Below are positions 38,501 through 52,096 of a stretch of DNA of 64,000 nucleotides, piece by piece. The DNA is from Ostrea edulis (Eukaryota). The notes beneath the pieces were generated by a model. The model was not told the origin of the DNA, did not search any database, and saw only the letters and a list, made by a program, of their open reading frames with translations. The DNA is taken from positions 27,280,001 through 27,344,000 of the forward strand of contig NC_079164.1 of assembly GCF_947568905.1 (NCBI RefSeq), in the 5' to 3' direction. The stretch's first letter is position 1; the number at the start of each line of letters is the position of its first letter. The translations under genes and the position numbers were made by a program.

Positions 38501-39535
38501 TTCAGTCCTACCCTGGGATTCCATAAGGTCAGGGACCACAAAATTCACAATCTTTGTTCCCCTTCCTACATTTATGCCCCACAACAAAATTAATTTTGAA
38601 AAGTAAGTAAAGGCACCTTGAAAAGTTAATGACGGACGACGCAAGATGACGGATGGACACGTTAAGAAATAGGTCATTTGAAATCTCAGGATACCAGTAA
38701 AACTTGTCGCTACTTTTGCTATTTAATCTAAAGTCATTTTACAGAACACCTAGCGTCCAATGCTGGCCTATATGGTGTAGACATTCCTCTGTTCACAAAC
38801 CACCTGATAATTGATATGCGGGAAAGAAGTACAAATACCTATATAATGATGAAATTAGAAGGTATGGTGCATTTAAAAAGAAATGGAGCTCTGAAATATA
38901 TGGTATAGTTTCACTCTGTTTTACATGAAATTTTTGTTTCATTGAATATTTGTAATCAGAATTATACCCAACATCACTTCCTTCTATGTAGAAAAGTATA
39001 ACCACCATTTCCATTATCTTTTCATACTAGTCAGGAAATCGTCAAAAATCGTCTTTGAAGTCGGAGGATCTCACGGTAGCATCAAAATTGTGGAAAGTAA
39101 GTGAATTACTACAATATTTGATAAATGACATTTTTGTTTTGTTCCCTTGTATCTGTCAGTTCTTCGATGGGCTAACAGTATGAGGCATAAATGCCATTGC
39201 AGTTAAATATTCTAACGCCTTAGTATAAAGCAGATAAAAGGCGAAGATAACGAACGGTGATCAATCTCATAACTTCCACAAGCAATACAAAATAGAGAGT
39301 TGGGTAATCAATCATCTTTAAACAGCTTGATTATATGTCATGCGGTTCGTTTCTTTCAGAGGAGACCCACACCAGTGCCATGATATGGATTCCCACCATA
39401 TTCACCGTGATGCTTATTCTCCTCGTATCATTTTCAATCTGTCAACAAAGGTACATAAAGGAAAAATACCTATTAACTTTTAATACATCAAATAAAATAT
39501 CAGACGGTTGATATTCAGATTCTTTTTAAATTAGG

Positions 39536-39590
<55 letters not shown>

Positions 39591-39873
39591 CAGAATGCAG
39601 CACTCGAGGTCGGCAGTAATCGACATGGCTGATACTGGTGGTAAACTCGTATTCCGACTGGAGACCAAAAGAAAGGGCAATGGTATCAAGATAGAGCTGC
39701 ATAAAGCGGAGTGTTTGTGTGAACCGCCTCAGTCGCGCAGCACAAGAGAAATCTCTTATCCTCTGTACATACCCTCCAAACATGTCAGCACAGTAAATAA
39801 CACAATGAACAGTGAACAGGACCTCTCAGATGCAGAATCAGAAACTTACATAGATATGTTATCAAGAAACTAG
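35580..39873 (+). CDS. Gene A': duplicate of gene A receptor
   Basis: Exons 35580-35957, 36061-36243, 38745-38861, possible 39031-39096, 39360-39450, 39594-39873; splice sites and frames intact. Confidence 0.85.
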
Positions 39874-42800
39874 TAAAGAACACTGGATTTGACAAACGAC
39901 AGCGATGTGATTTACAAAGATAGACTCACGGCGCATGAATTCATATTCCGCCTGCGAGCAGGTCGTAATATAAGTACAGACGATGTATCCGATGATATTC
40001 GATTTTATTTATAGTACATATAAAAATTTTATTCCTTGCCAAAAATATGAGAAACCCAAATTCTACCTGAAATTTTATCCCTTGATAATCTACGGTAGTA
40101 GTTAACGTTAGATAGAAATTCATTTGGTCAAAATCCAAGAACGTGTCCTTGAAACAAAAATCCTGCTGCACCTCTCGAAACAGACGCCGTGTTTAGCAAA
40201 CTGTAATAAGAGTGTTCTTAAAAAAGATTTCTGATTTGCATCATAACATGTATTTTCGAAATGAAGAACGTTTTTAAGTGTGCATGACGTTATGAACTTC
40301 CAGTTGCTCTGCTGGCATATGTTCTATGATGAGCATATGCGAAAAATACCCGGATTTGACTTTGGACTAGTTTTATACTTGTACTATCTCAATAAAAGCT
40401 GGGTATATTGAAGTTACCCTGGTCCGTCCGCCTGTCACACTTTCTTTTTCCGCAAACTTTTTTTGAATATGAAAAATATTTTTTTTATTTGTTCTCAATA
40501 AATTGCGATTACATTCTGATATACTTGTTCGATTCTAAATATTAAAGGAAGAGTTGTTGTGTATTGCTGGCACATAGTGAAACACTATGTGCTACCTTAG
40601 TAAACAACTCTGACATATATGTATTTGTTTGACACAAACAAACGGCACATTGCATCAAAATCTGCATTTTGATAAGTATATGTATAAATTGTCATACAGT
40701 AAAAGGTCATATCTCCTTAGAAAACAAAGATTGTGGTGAGTATTGCAAACTTCATTATGCCACTACGCAAGAATACACGTAAAAGGAAATCTACAAGACA
40801 GACAAACATTACCGGCTCTTAGTAATTAGTGTTATGGGTCAGAACACACCATTGGTATAGCGCAGCAGAATTTACTAACGAAAGGGAACTAAACAATTAA
40901 TAAGATTTCTTTACAATTAATAATTGAAAGATAATTATAATTGTAAGAATAGCAAAATACTAACTACGGTAGTTGAATGATAAATCCAAACATAACCTAC
41001 ACACACAAAAATATTAATCCCAAATCGTAATTCCCAGTGAAATTAAATCCAACAGCATATAAAGGTGTCTAACCAGAGCCTTTTTATCATAAGAATTTCA
41101 GTATATTTATAATGGGAATGGATTTTCAGTACGATCTTGAAAGACAATGATGCAACCAATACGTAATCTTTCTACTAAAAATAACATATCCAGAACAATC
41201 TCGGTCACAGATGTCAATGACAAGTAAACATAACTTTCTAGAACCATCCAAGTCAATTGAGTGCAAATAGTATTATACGTGTACACAACATTAGACTCAG
41301 CAATACCAGATATTTCGTTGTCCACAGAACGAGTAGAACAAATCTTAGAATATCAATTATAACCTCTATGTTTCTATGTCTCAAAACATCAATTCTTTGA
41401 CCCTAAACACATTTGTAAACACCTTTTTGAAACTAGGGATCAATGATGACTTGGTTTACGTTGCAAAAATTATACAGAACCAATATATTGCAGCATCTCT
41501 GAGAATTGTTTCGACATTCATAGAGTGGTTGTTTAGGTTTGAGATGGGGGTATTAACTATCCACCACTCCCAGGATGATTTTTTCTAGGGTTGATGATAT
41601 TTTTTTTTAGATATTGTGTGTAGATTTTGACATACCTTTTTATGAAACTAAAGTTACGTTTCCTATATTTAATTCATATGTGATGGTCTTGTCATTGATA
41701 CAGGTTCTCAAAGCATTAGAATACGTAAAAATACGTTATATGACCTATTTCTTAATCTTACCAGCATTGCAATAAGTGAGAAAACATCCCTAATGGTTAT
41801 ACTTAAGCTTAGGCTGGAATGCAGTGGATGGGAAGATAACCATCGCCAGCAAAGTAGTGTGTTGTGTTAGAGTTTCAATAGGCGACCTTGTTATATCCCT
41901 CTTTCTCCCTATGACACTGGTTCTCAAAATAGTAATATACTATTTAAAGCAGTTTAGTTTTAAGGACCTGGCAAATACAGCACATTTTCTAAATTCTACT
42001 ATCGTGTATGAAATGGTCCTGATTTCATCCAGAAATAAAAAAGCAGACAAATCCCATTGTCCGACCTCTCCAGAATCCCAGATAAAGTAGACTATCTATA
42101 GGTAATCAATAGCATAAAAGCAATTCATATTGGTTGGATAATTGTATAGTGCTAACCGTCATGCTCGAGAAGTTTTCGCTAATATGGAGACGTCACAATC
42201 CCTGGGGAAGGACGGTAAAATCAAGGCCAATGCTCGGCGCTTATGGCGTTTGAGCCTTTGAGCAGGTAGGGATCTTTATCGTGCTAAACGTGCTCAGACT
42301 GAGTGCGTCGGTTTTTGAGGTCTCATCCGAAGGACAGTCCTCATTTAGACGCCTCTTTTGACAAGCTATCCTAACCAGGATCCCCCACGAGAAAAAGCAA
42401 TTGATAGTTTAGTTGCAAAGTCGAATTTATTTAAGGCTTTTAGGGCATTTCATAGGGTATATCAGATCTAGCCACCTGGTGCACCCACTATTACAAAGTT
42501 TACAGTTTTTGGGTTACGAACCCGTTCAATTATGAAAATACATGATAGATTAAAATGTAAAGACTTGAATACAAAATAAACATAAAATAACGATTTTACA
42601 AACAGATTTATAGCATGTGATGACAGCAAAATGTGACATTTTCCCAGCGATATAGCGATGGACTTGCGTCATGAAACACTGTTTCATTGTGACGTCATAT
42701 CATGTATTGGGTTACTACGGTGATTTTAATTTTGTCTTTAAACCATGAGGCTGCGACTGCTATAATATTATAATAATTCAGATACGGACTATTTCTTCGT

Positions 42801-43840
42801 GGTATTCCAGCTTAGATTTAGAATAGTTGTGAATTTCCTGTGTAGAAATAGGAAGTGATGTGCGTTTATATGGATGACTTCAAGTGGAAGTATGATTTTT
42901 TTATGAAATATAGAATTTATGAAATTGATCACTATTCGTTTTCTACACTTGTTTATAAATACATTTTCACGTCCTCGTGCCGATGCACATTTATTTATGA
43001 GGGCATATCTAGGATTCATGTTACTGGGACCGGATAAATAAGTAAAAAGAATCGGAATTGTTTACTTGTTATTCCGCATTTTTAATCATTAATATTTTCA
43101 GTCATTGATGAGGATGTATTTTGTGGTAAATTTAGTAGTAGTTTTTCTCATCCAGAACGTTAAAGGTAACTCTTTACAAGTGTTTTGATAATGATGAATG
43201 CTATATGAGAGAATGGCTTTCAACAGTAATATGTTAGCACAATGACACTTCCTGTATCTAACCAAAGATATGACATTATTTTGACTATCTTGTGATAAAA
43301 TTTATTCTTATGTAGACTCTACCGTCATGCAAGTGATTTGTCTATTTCTCATACCGTGATTCAAACATGTTCAATTCATTTTATTGTATAACTTAATGGC
43401 TTTTAAATCGAATATTTCTTGCAAAAACATTTAGCTGAAAATGAAAATGGAGTTTGATTACAATGAAAATACTTACAAAACACGATTGGAAGTCAGATTT
43501 CTTTGGGTAACTTCAGTGGAACTCAGTAGTTAATATATAAATTTTCAAAATTAGGAAACAAAACAGTCCAACTTGATTATAAGACCGACGATTCGCGAAC
43601 TTTAATTCTAAATCTTTATTTGATTTTCTTTGATTTCAGCTCTTGAATAATTACAGACCAAAATCATTGTTAAGGTTATGATTTTCACTTGTTTCTTGGA
43701 ATTCCAAGCAGATAAAGACATGTCACTAATAAAACAGAATAACATAATTATATCTATTCGAAGGTGATAATGATTTTCTGTTCAAATATTGTCTGTGCTT
43801 AATAGTTATTTGTTTCATAATGGATTTTCCTTGATATTAG

Positions 43841-46800
43841 TCTATGAATGTTTCTGTTTTGAACTGAAAGGTTCGTTGATCAATTCTTCATGCAAGAAAA
43901 CAAAAGACTGGAAGAACTACGATTGCCAATGCCCCATAAATCACACAATTTATATCAAACATCACGTCATCGAGGATGGTTTTCAAAGATTATCACCTAT
44001 CGACATTGTCCTCGGGTGTAACACCACGAACGCTGTGTATTGTGGTATCCAGTTCCCAGTCAACCATCGGACAGAAAGAAACAATAGTGCTTTTGCATCT
44101 GCTGTCAAGATGTGCAATGGCAAAAACCGGTGTAATCTGTCAAACGAATATTTTCAAACAATTGAGACAAGTCTTCGAAAATCCTGCAAAGACTCCAAAC
44201 GACCAGGGCTTCAGAATGCGTCATTTCGACAGAGCATTGTCTATGAGTGTATCCAAGGTAGTGTAATGAATGTCAAGTGAGAAATTTGATGTCCTAAAAA
44301 TTCTTTGAAGATCTTTGGTATCCATTTATCTACTTTTCTCCATGTTTGTAGATTATCAAGTCGTTGATACATATGTGTACAGAAAAGATACCAGAAGTCC
44401 CCAAATTTATCTACAGTCGACTGGTAACAAGGGTACTTGTTCTTGTCACATAAGTGGTGACGTGTCACGAGTCGAAATTTTACAGACTGTTATGGTGGAA
44501 CTTATGATGTCTGACAATGGAATCCTTCATTACGGTGAGATGTTATCAATTCAATGTAAATAATCAAACCACAGATAGAAAAAAGCACTTATTTCAATAC
44601 ATACTTGTAAAAACAAATAAAATACCTCTTTTGTTCTTTCAACTATAATCCCGTGGGGATCCGGGTTAGAATAGGTCCTCGGTACCCCATGCTTGTCGTA
44701 AGAAGCGACTAAATAAGACGGTCCTTCGGATGAGACCGTGAAAATCGAGGTCCCGTATCACAACAAGTGTGGCACGATAAAGATCCCTCCCTAACCAATG
44801 GTCAGAAGCGCTGATTGTAGGCCTAAATTTTGCAGCCCTTCACCGGCAATGATGAAGTCTCTATATGAGGGACATATTCTCCAGAGGGCGTTAACCAAAT
44901 ACAATCAATCAATTTTTCAACTATAGTCCAGTTAGACATGTCATTACCGGTGATGGAGATATAGTTCAAAGGAAGGACCTGGAATCACTTATTTCAAACT
45001 ATTCTTAATTAAGAGATTTCCGGTCTTTCACTTTAAACAAATCAAAGCAAGAGCTTGTTCTGCGTATAGTCAACTTTTAAATCGAGTTTAACAAATAAGT
45101 TGATGTTACTGGGGTTTCAACAGTCAATATTTCGCATATTTCATGGTTGTTATAAAGATTTAATTTACCAATACAACCTGTTATTAAGTAAAATGCTGTC
45201 TAACATGATCAAACTGCCCTCCTTCTCTCTCTCCCAAAGTGGAACGGATGGAACCACTGTAATCTCCCTTTCCAATTTACTTACCATTCATACATTCGTT
45301 ACATGTATATTACTAACACCACTAAAAGAGTGGGGTGGGGCCAATTCGCCAATATATCTTATTTTGCATGTGAAAATAACTTAGTTTACATATAGAAATA
45401 AGGAAAGTTAGACAAAAAAGTGGAGAGACAGCCCCCTGCTTCTATGTGCGTGATGTGTTGGTATCTCAAGTGCATGTGAAGATTTTCTCTAGCGCGAGTT
45501 TGTCGACATTTGGTATCATAAACATTTATATAACTTTTTAAATTAACAGCACCAGCTTTTGATTATTGTAGAGGGAGATTACAGGGGTTGGACACCTTTC
45601 ATTTTGGAGGAGGAGCAGTTGAATAATAGGCGGCCGCCATATCACTGAACAATCTTGAATAATCGACTTCACGCGAATATATGTTCACGCATACGAGTTA
45701 TTTCACCCTATCAAGTATTCGCACAAAAAATAAGGCCGCCAATTAAATTGAGTGGCGATCACCAGTTAAATTAAGTGGTGGCCACCGCCAATTAATTTAT
45801 TTGATTCAATCAATTTATATGGCGGCCGTCAAATAAATTAAATGGCGGCTGCTAGTTAAATGAATATTAATTCTATACCCTGGTACATATCGGCTACCGT
45901 AGGTTTCTGATCGAATGTTTTCTCTCCCATGGTTAATATTTGAATCTTTCTTGCCTTTGCCTGCATACAGTTTTTAATTTCCGCAAACCCAATTGATAAG
46001 AATCAAACTTTCTTGCTATAACTGTTAATGAGAATATCAAAGATTTCATGAATATGAGATGAAGTATTATCATCAGCAAAGTGTATAACTTAAGACTGAG
46101 AAATGACATTCAAAACCTATTAGCTTGCTAGGGTCCCAAAATGAAACTTTGGGTTACACCTTCTTGATACTGTTGATTCCTAAACATACACGAGGAACTT
46201 ATTATCGCGTAATTTCCCTAGATGCATCACTCGTAAAATAAATTATTCGCTTTAAAATACATAGTAGAAATCTTGAATAATCGACTTCACGCTAATATAT
46301 GTTCACGCATACGAGTTATTTCACCCTATCAAGTATTCGCACAAAAAATAAGGAATCCAAAATATTGACCAAATTACTTAATACACCTTGAACATTGTAC
46401 TTTGACAGACTTTCTTCTATTTCTGAGGCAATCCTTTACCAATTGAATTACATTTTCCACTAAACAATGTAATGCAGCTTTACAGTTTAAACTATCCTGT
46501 GGTAATGCCTTAGGTCGCAAACCTTTTCTCGAATCAACAACATCCAAACGTATGACTTTTCAACACTTTACACGACCATTCCTCAAAATAAATTAAAGAC
46601 TACACTTTTTGACATCATAGATAGTTGTTTCTTTAACAAAAAGGAAAAACACAAATATTCTTATCTTGTGATCAGTCATCCAAAAAATTACCTTATTAAA
46701 CGCCACTCTGATTCCACGCACAAGTACTCTGAATTTGAAATGAAAAATATGCTAGAGTTGCTCATTGACAATATCCTCGTGGTCTTTTGTGATCAGGTCT

Positions 46801-48511
46801 TCCAACCGTCTGTTGGAATTTCCATGGGCACGAATTGTGCTCATTTGTTAGTTGAACTGTTTTTATATTCCTATGTAGCACAATTTATTCAAAAACTTCT
46901 ACGTGAGAAGAAAATATATCTTGCTGTGGCCTTCAATTCGACATTTAGAGATATCGACGATGTATTATCTATTAACAATAATGATTTTCATTCATATATC
47001 GATTCAATATTCCCCAGTGAACTCGAAATAAAAGACACCACAGAGTCGTCCACTAATGCTTCATACTTAGATATTTTATTAAAAGTAGATATTGACGGCA
47101 AACTAACAACTTAACTTTATGATAAACGGGATGATTTCAACTTCTCCATCATCAACTTCCCATCTTTATTTAACAATATTACATTATAACCTGCATATGA
47201 AGTTTCTGGTTCGATACGCAATAGCTTGTTCTGCGTATTGTCAGTTTTTAAATCAAAACAGACTAGTGACAAATTAGTTGATGATGCAGGGGTTCCAACA
47301 ATTTTGTTTAAAATCAGCATTTCGCAAATTCTATGGTTGTTATAACGATCTTGTTCGCCAATACAACCTACCATTGGGTCAAATGCTGTCTGTCGTGTTT
47401 CATACTGATTGTAAGGCCTTTCTTGGCACCCTGATTTTGAACTTTGTTTACCTGATCAAGATATAGGGCTCACGGCAGGTGTCACCGGTGGGCAGGGGAT
47501 CCTTACTCCTTCATAGGCACCTGATCTCACCTCTGGTTTGTTCGGGGATCCGTGTTTGCCTAACTATATATTTTGCATTGCTTATAAGAGTTATGAGATT
47601 GATCAATGTTTGTTATCTTCACCTTTCATCCATTAAAATTGCTACAACATACAAATTACTTATTTCATCAGTAACGACATGTCCATCTCGACTATAGGTA
47701 AAGGAAAAAGAATAACAAGAGCATGTGGGAGGATTTTGTGTCTGGTGGTCTATATCTAGGCAGCGTAAAGTTTGATGCGATAGTAGAGGTCTATTTGTTC
47801 GAAATACAGGGTGTAAACTTGAAAAAGAAATATGATGGAACACAATACAGAAATTTCTCAATCTGATATGAATTACTATAGGTTTACATTCAATAACTAT
47901 TTATCAGGATAGAATTTGTTATTTACTGAGAGAAATAATTTTGTCACATTTAATTCATGAATGTAAATAGATATACTTATTTTTGATACTCTAGAACACC
48001 AAAACTACAATGTTGATTTATATGGAGTCAAAGTTCCCCCTTCAAAAGAAAAACTGCTCGTGAAAATAAAGACACATTCTACAGAGAGTCGAGTACTGAT
48101 TAAAGTAGCGGGTGAGTACTCTACTGGTTATAGTAGCGGGTGAGTACTCTACTGGTTATAGTAGCGGGTGAGTACTCTATTGGTTATAGTAGCGCGTGAG
48201 AATTCTACTGATTATAGTAGCGAGTTAGTACTCATCTGATTATAGTAGCGAGTTAGCACTCTGCTATTTTTTCAAAAATGGTTTCAATTAGAGAGAGAGA
48301 AAACCGCATCATTTTTGCATCAATTAATATCATAAAACACAATACGAAAAAGGGCAAGTGTAAATTATTTACATTTCTAATAAAAAAGACACTACTACAC
48401 TAAATTAAGAACTAAACAATCCGTGTACTAGGATGTGAATATCGCATCAGCGATCTGATAAGAGTAAAGACGTCGGTCTAGAGAGTTCATACCAGCATCG
48501 GGTTGGAATGA

Positions 48512-48565
<54 letters not shown>

Positions 48566-51500
48566 AAAATATAGAAAGTAGGAAAAGGTAAAGAGCAAAA
48601 TTACAAAACAACGAGATTGTGAAATAAAGAGGATGAAAATATATCAAATTATAGTAATTAGGGTTTTAAAAAGTGGATAGTAATTCGAACTACTGTGGAT
48701 TATTTATTATAGGATGTGTGAGATTAATCACTATTCGTTATCTTCATATTTTCATTCTTTAGAAAATTGTTTTGAATTTATGATAATTGTACTCTTATTT
48801 GGTGACTCATGCAACTGATTAATGTCATTTAAGTAAATTTTTAAGAGATGGCTTTCAAATCTAATAAACTATTTAATGACGTATTGCTAAGATTGGCTTG
48901 TTATTCCGAATCACTGATAATATCAATGATTTCAAAATGTTTAAAGTGTATCCAGAAATTATCCCTATCTTTCACTTGATGTTTATCTTTAAATATCCAC
49001 TAAGAAAGCGGCTCCAAGACGTCCTCTACATTTACGCCATAAATTCATCTATATGCATATATATTATATGAAAACAGAGTATTGGATCAAATCATAGCAT
49101 TAAATTTATCATAGAAGCAGGGTAATGACTGATATTTAAGGGTTTACAATTGCTTTTTGTTATTGTCTTGTTTTGTTTGCAGGAAATGTAACATTTTATT
49201 GTATGAAGGAAGAATTAACTGCCAATACCAACGAACACAGTCAGTCAATAAATGATTCAGAGAGTCTTTTAAGGGTTGAGGCATTGGAAGCCACAGCTTC
49301 TTCATCACCGTCTGAACCAGATCTTGATAGAACTACTATATCAGAACCGTCCTATTTGGAGGATGTTAGTCCCACTAAGAGCAGCATCACAGCGAACAAA
49401 CAGAGGAATGGTGACAACTTGGGTAACAGTAAGTATAGTTTGCAGGAAAGCCTTCCATATAGAGACATAATGGTCATGATAAGTCTGCATTCAATTATAT
49501 CAATGGCATTTTATCCGAAACTTACATTCTATAGAAAATCCATATATCTTTTAAAAAGAGAATATGAAAAAGACGAACTTAAGACCTTGTCCAAATGGAA
49601 TAAAAGCATAAGAGGAATATTAACATCCCGTATTAGAACAAAAGTACGTAAATCTATCCTACTGTGTGTGGAGAAACTTCAAACAAACTGTGCCACAACA
49701 TATGCAAGAAACAGTGTATATCAAATGGGGAGTATAAAAGATTCTACAGAACTATTAGTAAATTTGAAATAGCAAAACTTTTTTTCAAATCAACATCAAA
49801 ACATATGGCTTTACAATACTTTACACGACCATTCCTCACGATAAACTAACGACTTCACCTTTTCATATCGTAGACAGTTGCTTCTTCGACAAAAATTAAA
49901 AAGGAACTATTATATCCAGTGAACAGTCATCCAAACAATTGCTTTGTTAAACACCATTCTGATTCCACGCACAAGTACTCTGAAGTTGAACAAAAATATG
50001 CTGGAGTTTTTCATTGACAATATTCTCGTGGTCTTTCATGATCAGGTCTTCCAACAATCTGTTGGAATTACCATGGGCACGAACTGTTGTCATCTGTTAG
50101 CTGACCTGTTTTATATTTTTATGAAGCAGAGTTGATTAAAACAAACTTCTACATCAGAAGAAAAAAATTTCTTGCTGTGGCTTTCAACTTGATATTTAGA
50201 TATATCGATGACGTTTCATATAATAATCGTTTTCATTCATATGTCGATTCAATATATCCCTGTAAACTCCAGATAAAAGGCACCACAGTCTTCCATATCT
50301 TCTTCGCACTAGATATTTCTTTGATATGAATATTAACGGCAAACTAACAACCCAACTTTATGACAAACGGAATGCTTTCAGGTAATCCATCGTCAATTTC
50401 CTATATTTATGTAGCAATATTCCATTATCACCTGCATATGGTGTGTATAACTTTCAACTGATTCAATAGGCAAAAAGCTTGTTCCTTGTATGGCCAATTT
50501 ATTTTAAAATCGAGGCAGATTACTGACAAAGAACGTTTGTGCTTTGTATATTGGAAGCAATGAAATACTTATACTCCTATTGTCCTTTCAAAAGATGAAA
50601 TTCTTCAAAACCATGCTTCAGGTTTAGACACATTTAATATCCAAGTCAATGGGTCGAAAGAATATGAGTTACCGTACCTATACTGGATTCCTAAACTACA
50701 TAAAACCATTACAAACAAATATACATTGCTGGCTCCAGTAAGTTCCTATATTTGCTCCTCACAAAAATATCAACAGCAAAATAACAACCCAACTTTATGA
50801 CAAACGGAATGCTTTCAGGTAATCCATCGTGAATTCCCCCATATCTATGTAGGAATATTCCATTATCACCTGCATATGGTGTTTATACCTCTCAACTGAT
50901 TCGATACGCAAGAGCTTGTTCTGCGTCTGATCAGTTTTGAAATTGAGGCAAGCTGCTGACAAACACGGGTTTCACCAATCTCGTTAAAAGTCAGCATTTC
51001 ACAAATCTTATGGTCGTTATAACCCTCTAGTTTGCCAATACAATCTATCATTGGGTCAAATGCTGTCTGACGTGTTTCATACCAATTATTAGGCCGTTCT
51101 CTGCACACTGATTTTGACGACGGATAACTCCGTTTACCTGATTAAGATATAGGACTCGTGGCGGGTGTGACCGGTGGACAGGGACTGCTTACTCCTCCTA
51201 GGCAACTGATCGCACCTCTGATGTGTACAGGGGTCCATGTTTAACCAACTATATTTTGTATTCCTTATAGGAGTCATGAGATTGATCACTGTTCGTTTTC
51301 TTCACCTTACATAAGCATAGATTATTGACATGTAAAACTTATACGGTACCAATTTTGATGCACCAGATGCGCATTTCGACAAATAATGTCTCTTCAGTGA
51401 TGCTCAACCGAAATGTTTGAAATCCGAAATAACTATGAAGTTTTAGAGCTAAATATAGCCAAAAACAGCGTGCCAAAAAAAAAGTGGAGCCAAATTCGTC

Positions 51501-52096
51501 CAAGGATAAGAGCTATGCATGAAGGGGATAATCCTTAATTTTTTCTTTTTTTATTTTATCTAGATCCATCACTTTCTTCGTTCGAAAGATATGGAGGTCC
51601 TTTGACTTGGATTATCACGTTCCTCATTGCTGTATTGATTCTTCTTGTATTTTTTCTGATCATCAAACAGAGGTATTCTTAAGATCAATAATTCATATGC
51701 AAATTACCAGTAAATGATTCAACAAATATGTTTTTAAACGTCCACTAATATTTCCGTTTTGTACTCGTGTAATTAGCTTTACTCATGTTCCAAAATGTAC
51801 AGCTGATAATGATGAAAATATAAAATTTCAGACGACTGGATTTAAACACAGCGGTGATCCATGTAAGCAATGTGGGTGACAGATTTTTGCTCAAGCTCAC
51901 TCCTCAACGAGAATCCAGCAACTCACAGTTAGAGATCCACAGAGCAGGATGTTTGTGTGATCAACCAGAAACCAACGACCTTCAAACTTCTGTACAGCAA
52001 TATGAACCTTTACAGAATGTTAACGTCAATAACGTCACAGTGTATAGTGAACTCAGTCATACACATGAATACATTGATATTTTACAGGAAACGTGA
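43841..52096 (+). CDS. Gene B': duplicate of gene B receptor
   Basis: Exons 43841 (or 43871)-44257, 44352-44534, 47995-48111, 49183-49428, 51564-51672, 51832-52096; frames intact; tail TVYSELSHTHEYIDIL. Confidence 0.87.
44650..44912 (+). mobile_element. SINE-like element with putative 11-bp TSD
   Basis: TTTCAACTATA occurs just before the 5' end and just after the (AATC)n tail. Confidence 0.8.
46400..47640 (+). mobile_element. decayed PLE RT fragment with complete 3' end
   Basis: VGISMGTNCA, FRDIDDVL, IKDTTESSTNASYLDILL, then the conserved 3' terminus; about 0.6 kb of this is missing in copy 1. Confidence 0.85.
51332..51537 (-). mobile_element. ~206-bp ribozyme-bearing insertion unique to copy 2
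   Basis: Absent at the orthologous site (~21920, GATTATTGCCAT|ATTTCTTTC). Confidence 0.8.
51360..51403 (-). ncRNA. minimal type I hammerhead ribozyme
   Basis: Minus strand: GCATCA (stem I) CTGAAGA (core) GACA-TTATT-TGTC (stem II) GAA ATGCGCAT (palindromic helix III) C (cleavage site, AUC) TGGTGC (stem I', 6 bp including one G-U). Confidence 0.85.
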
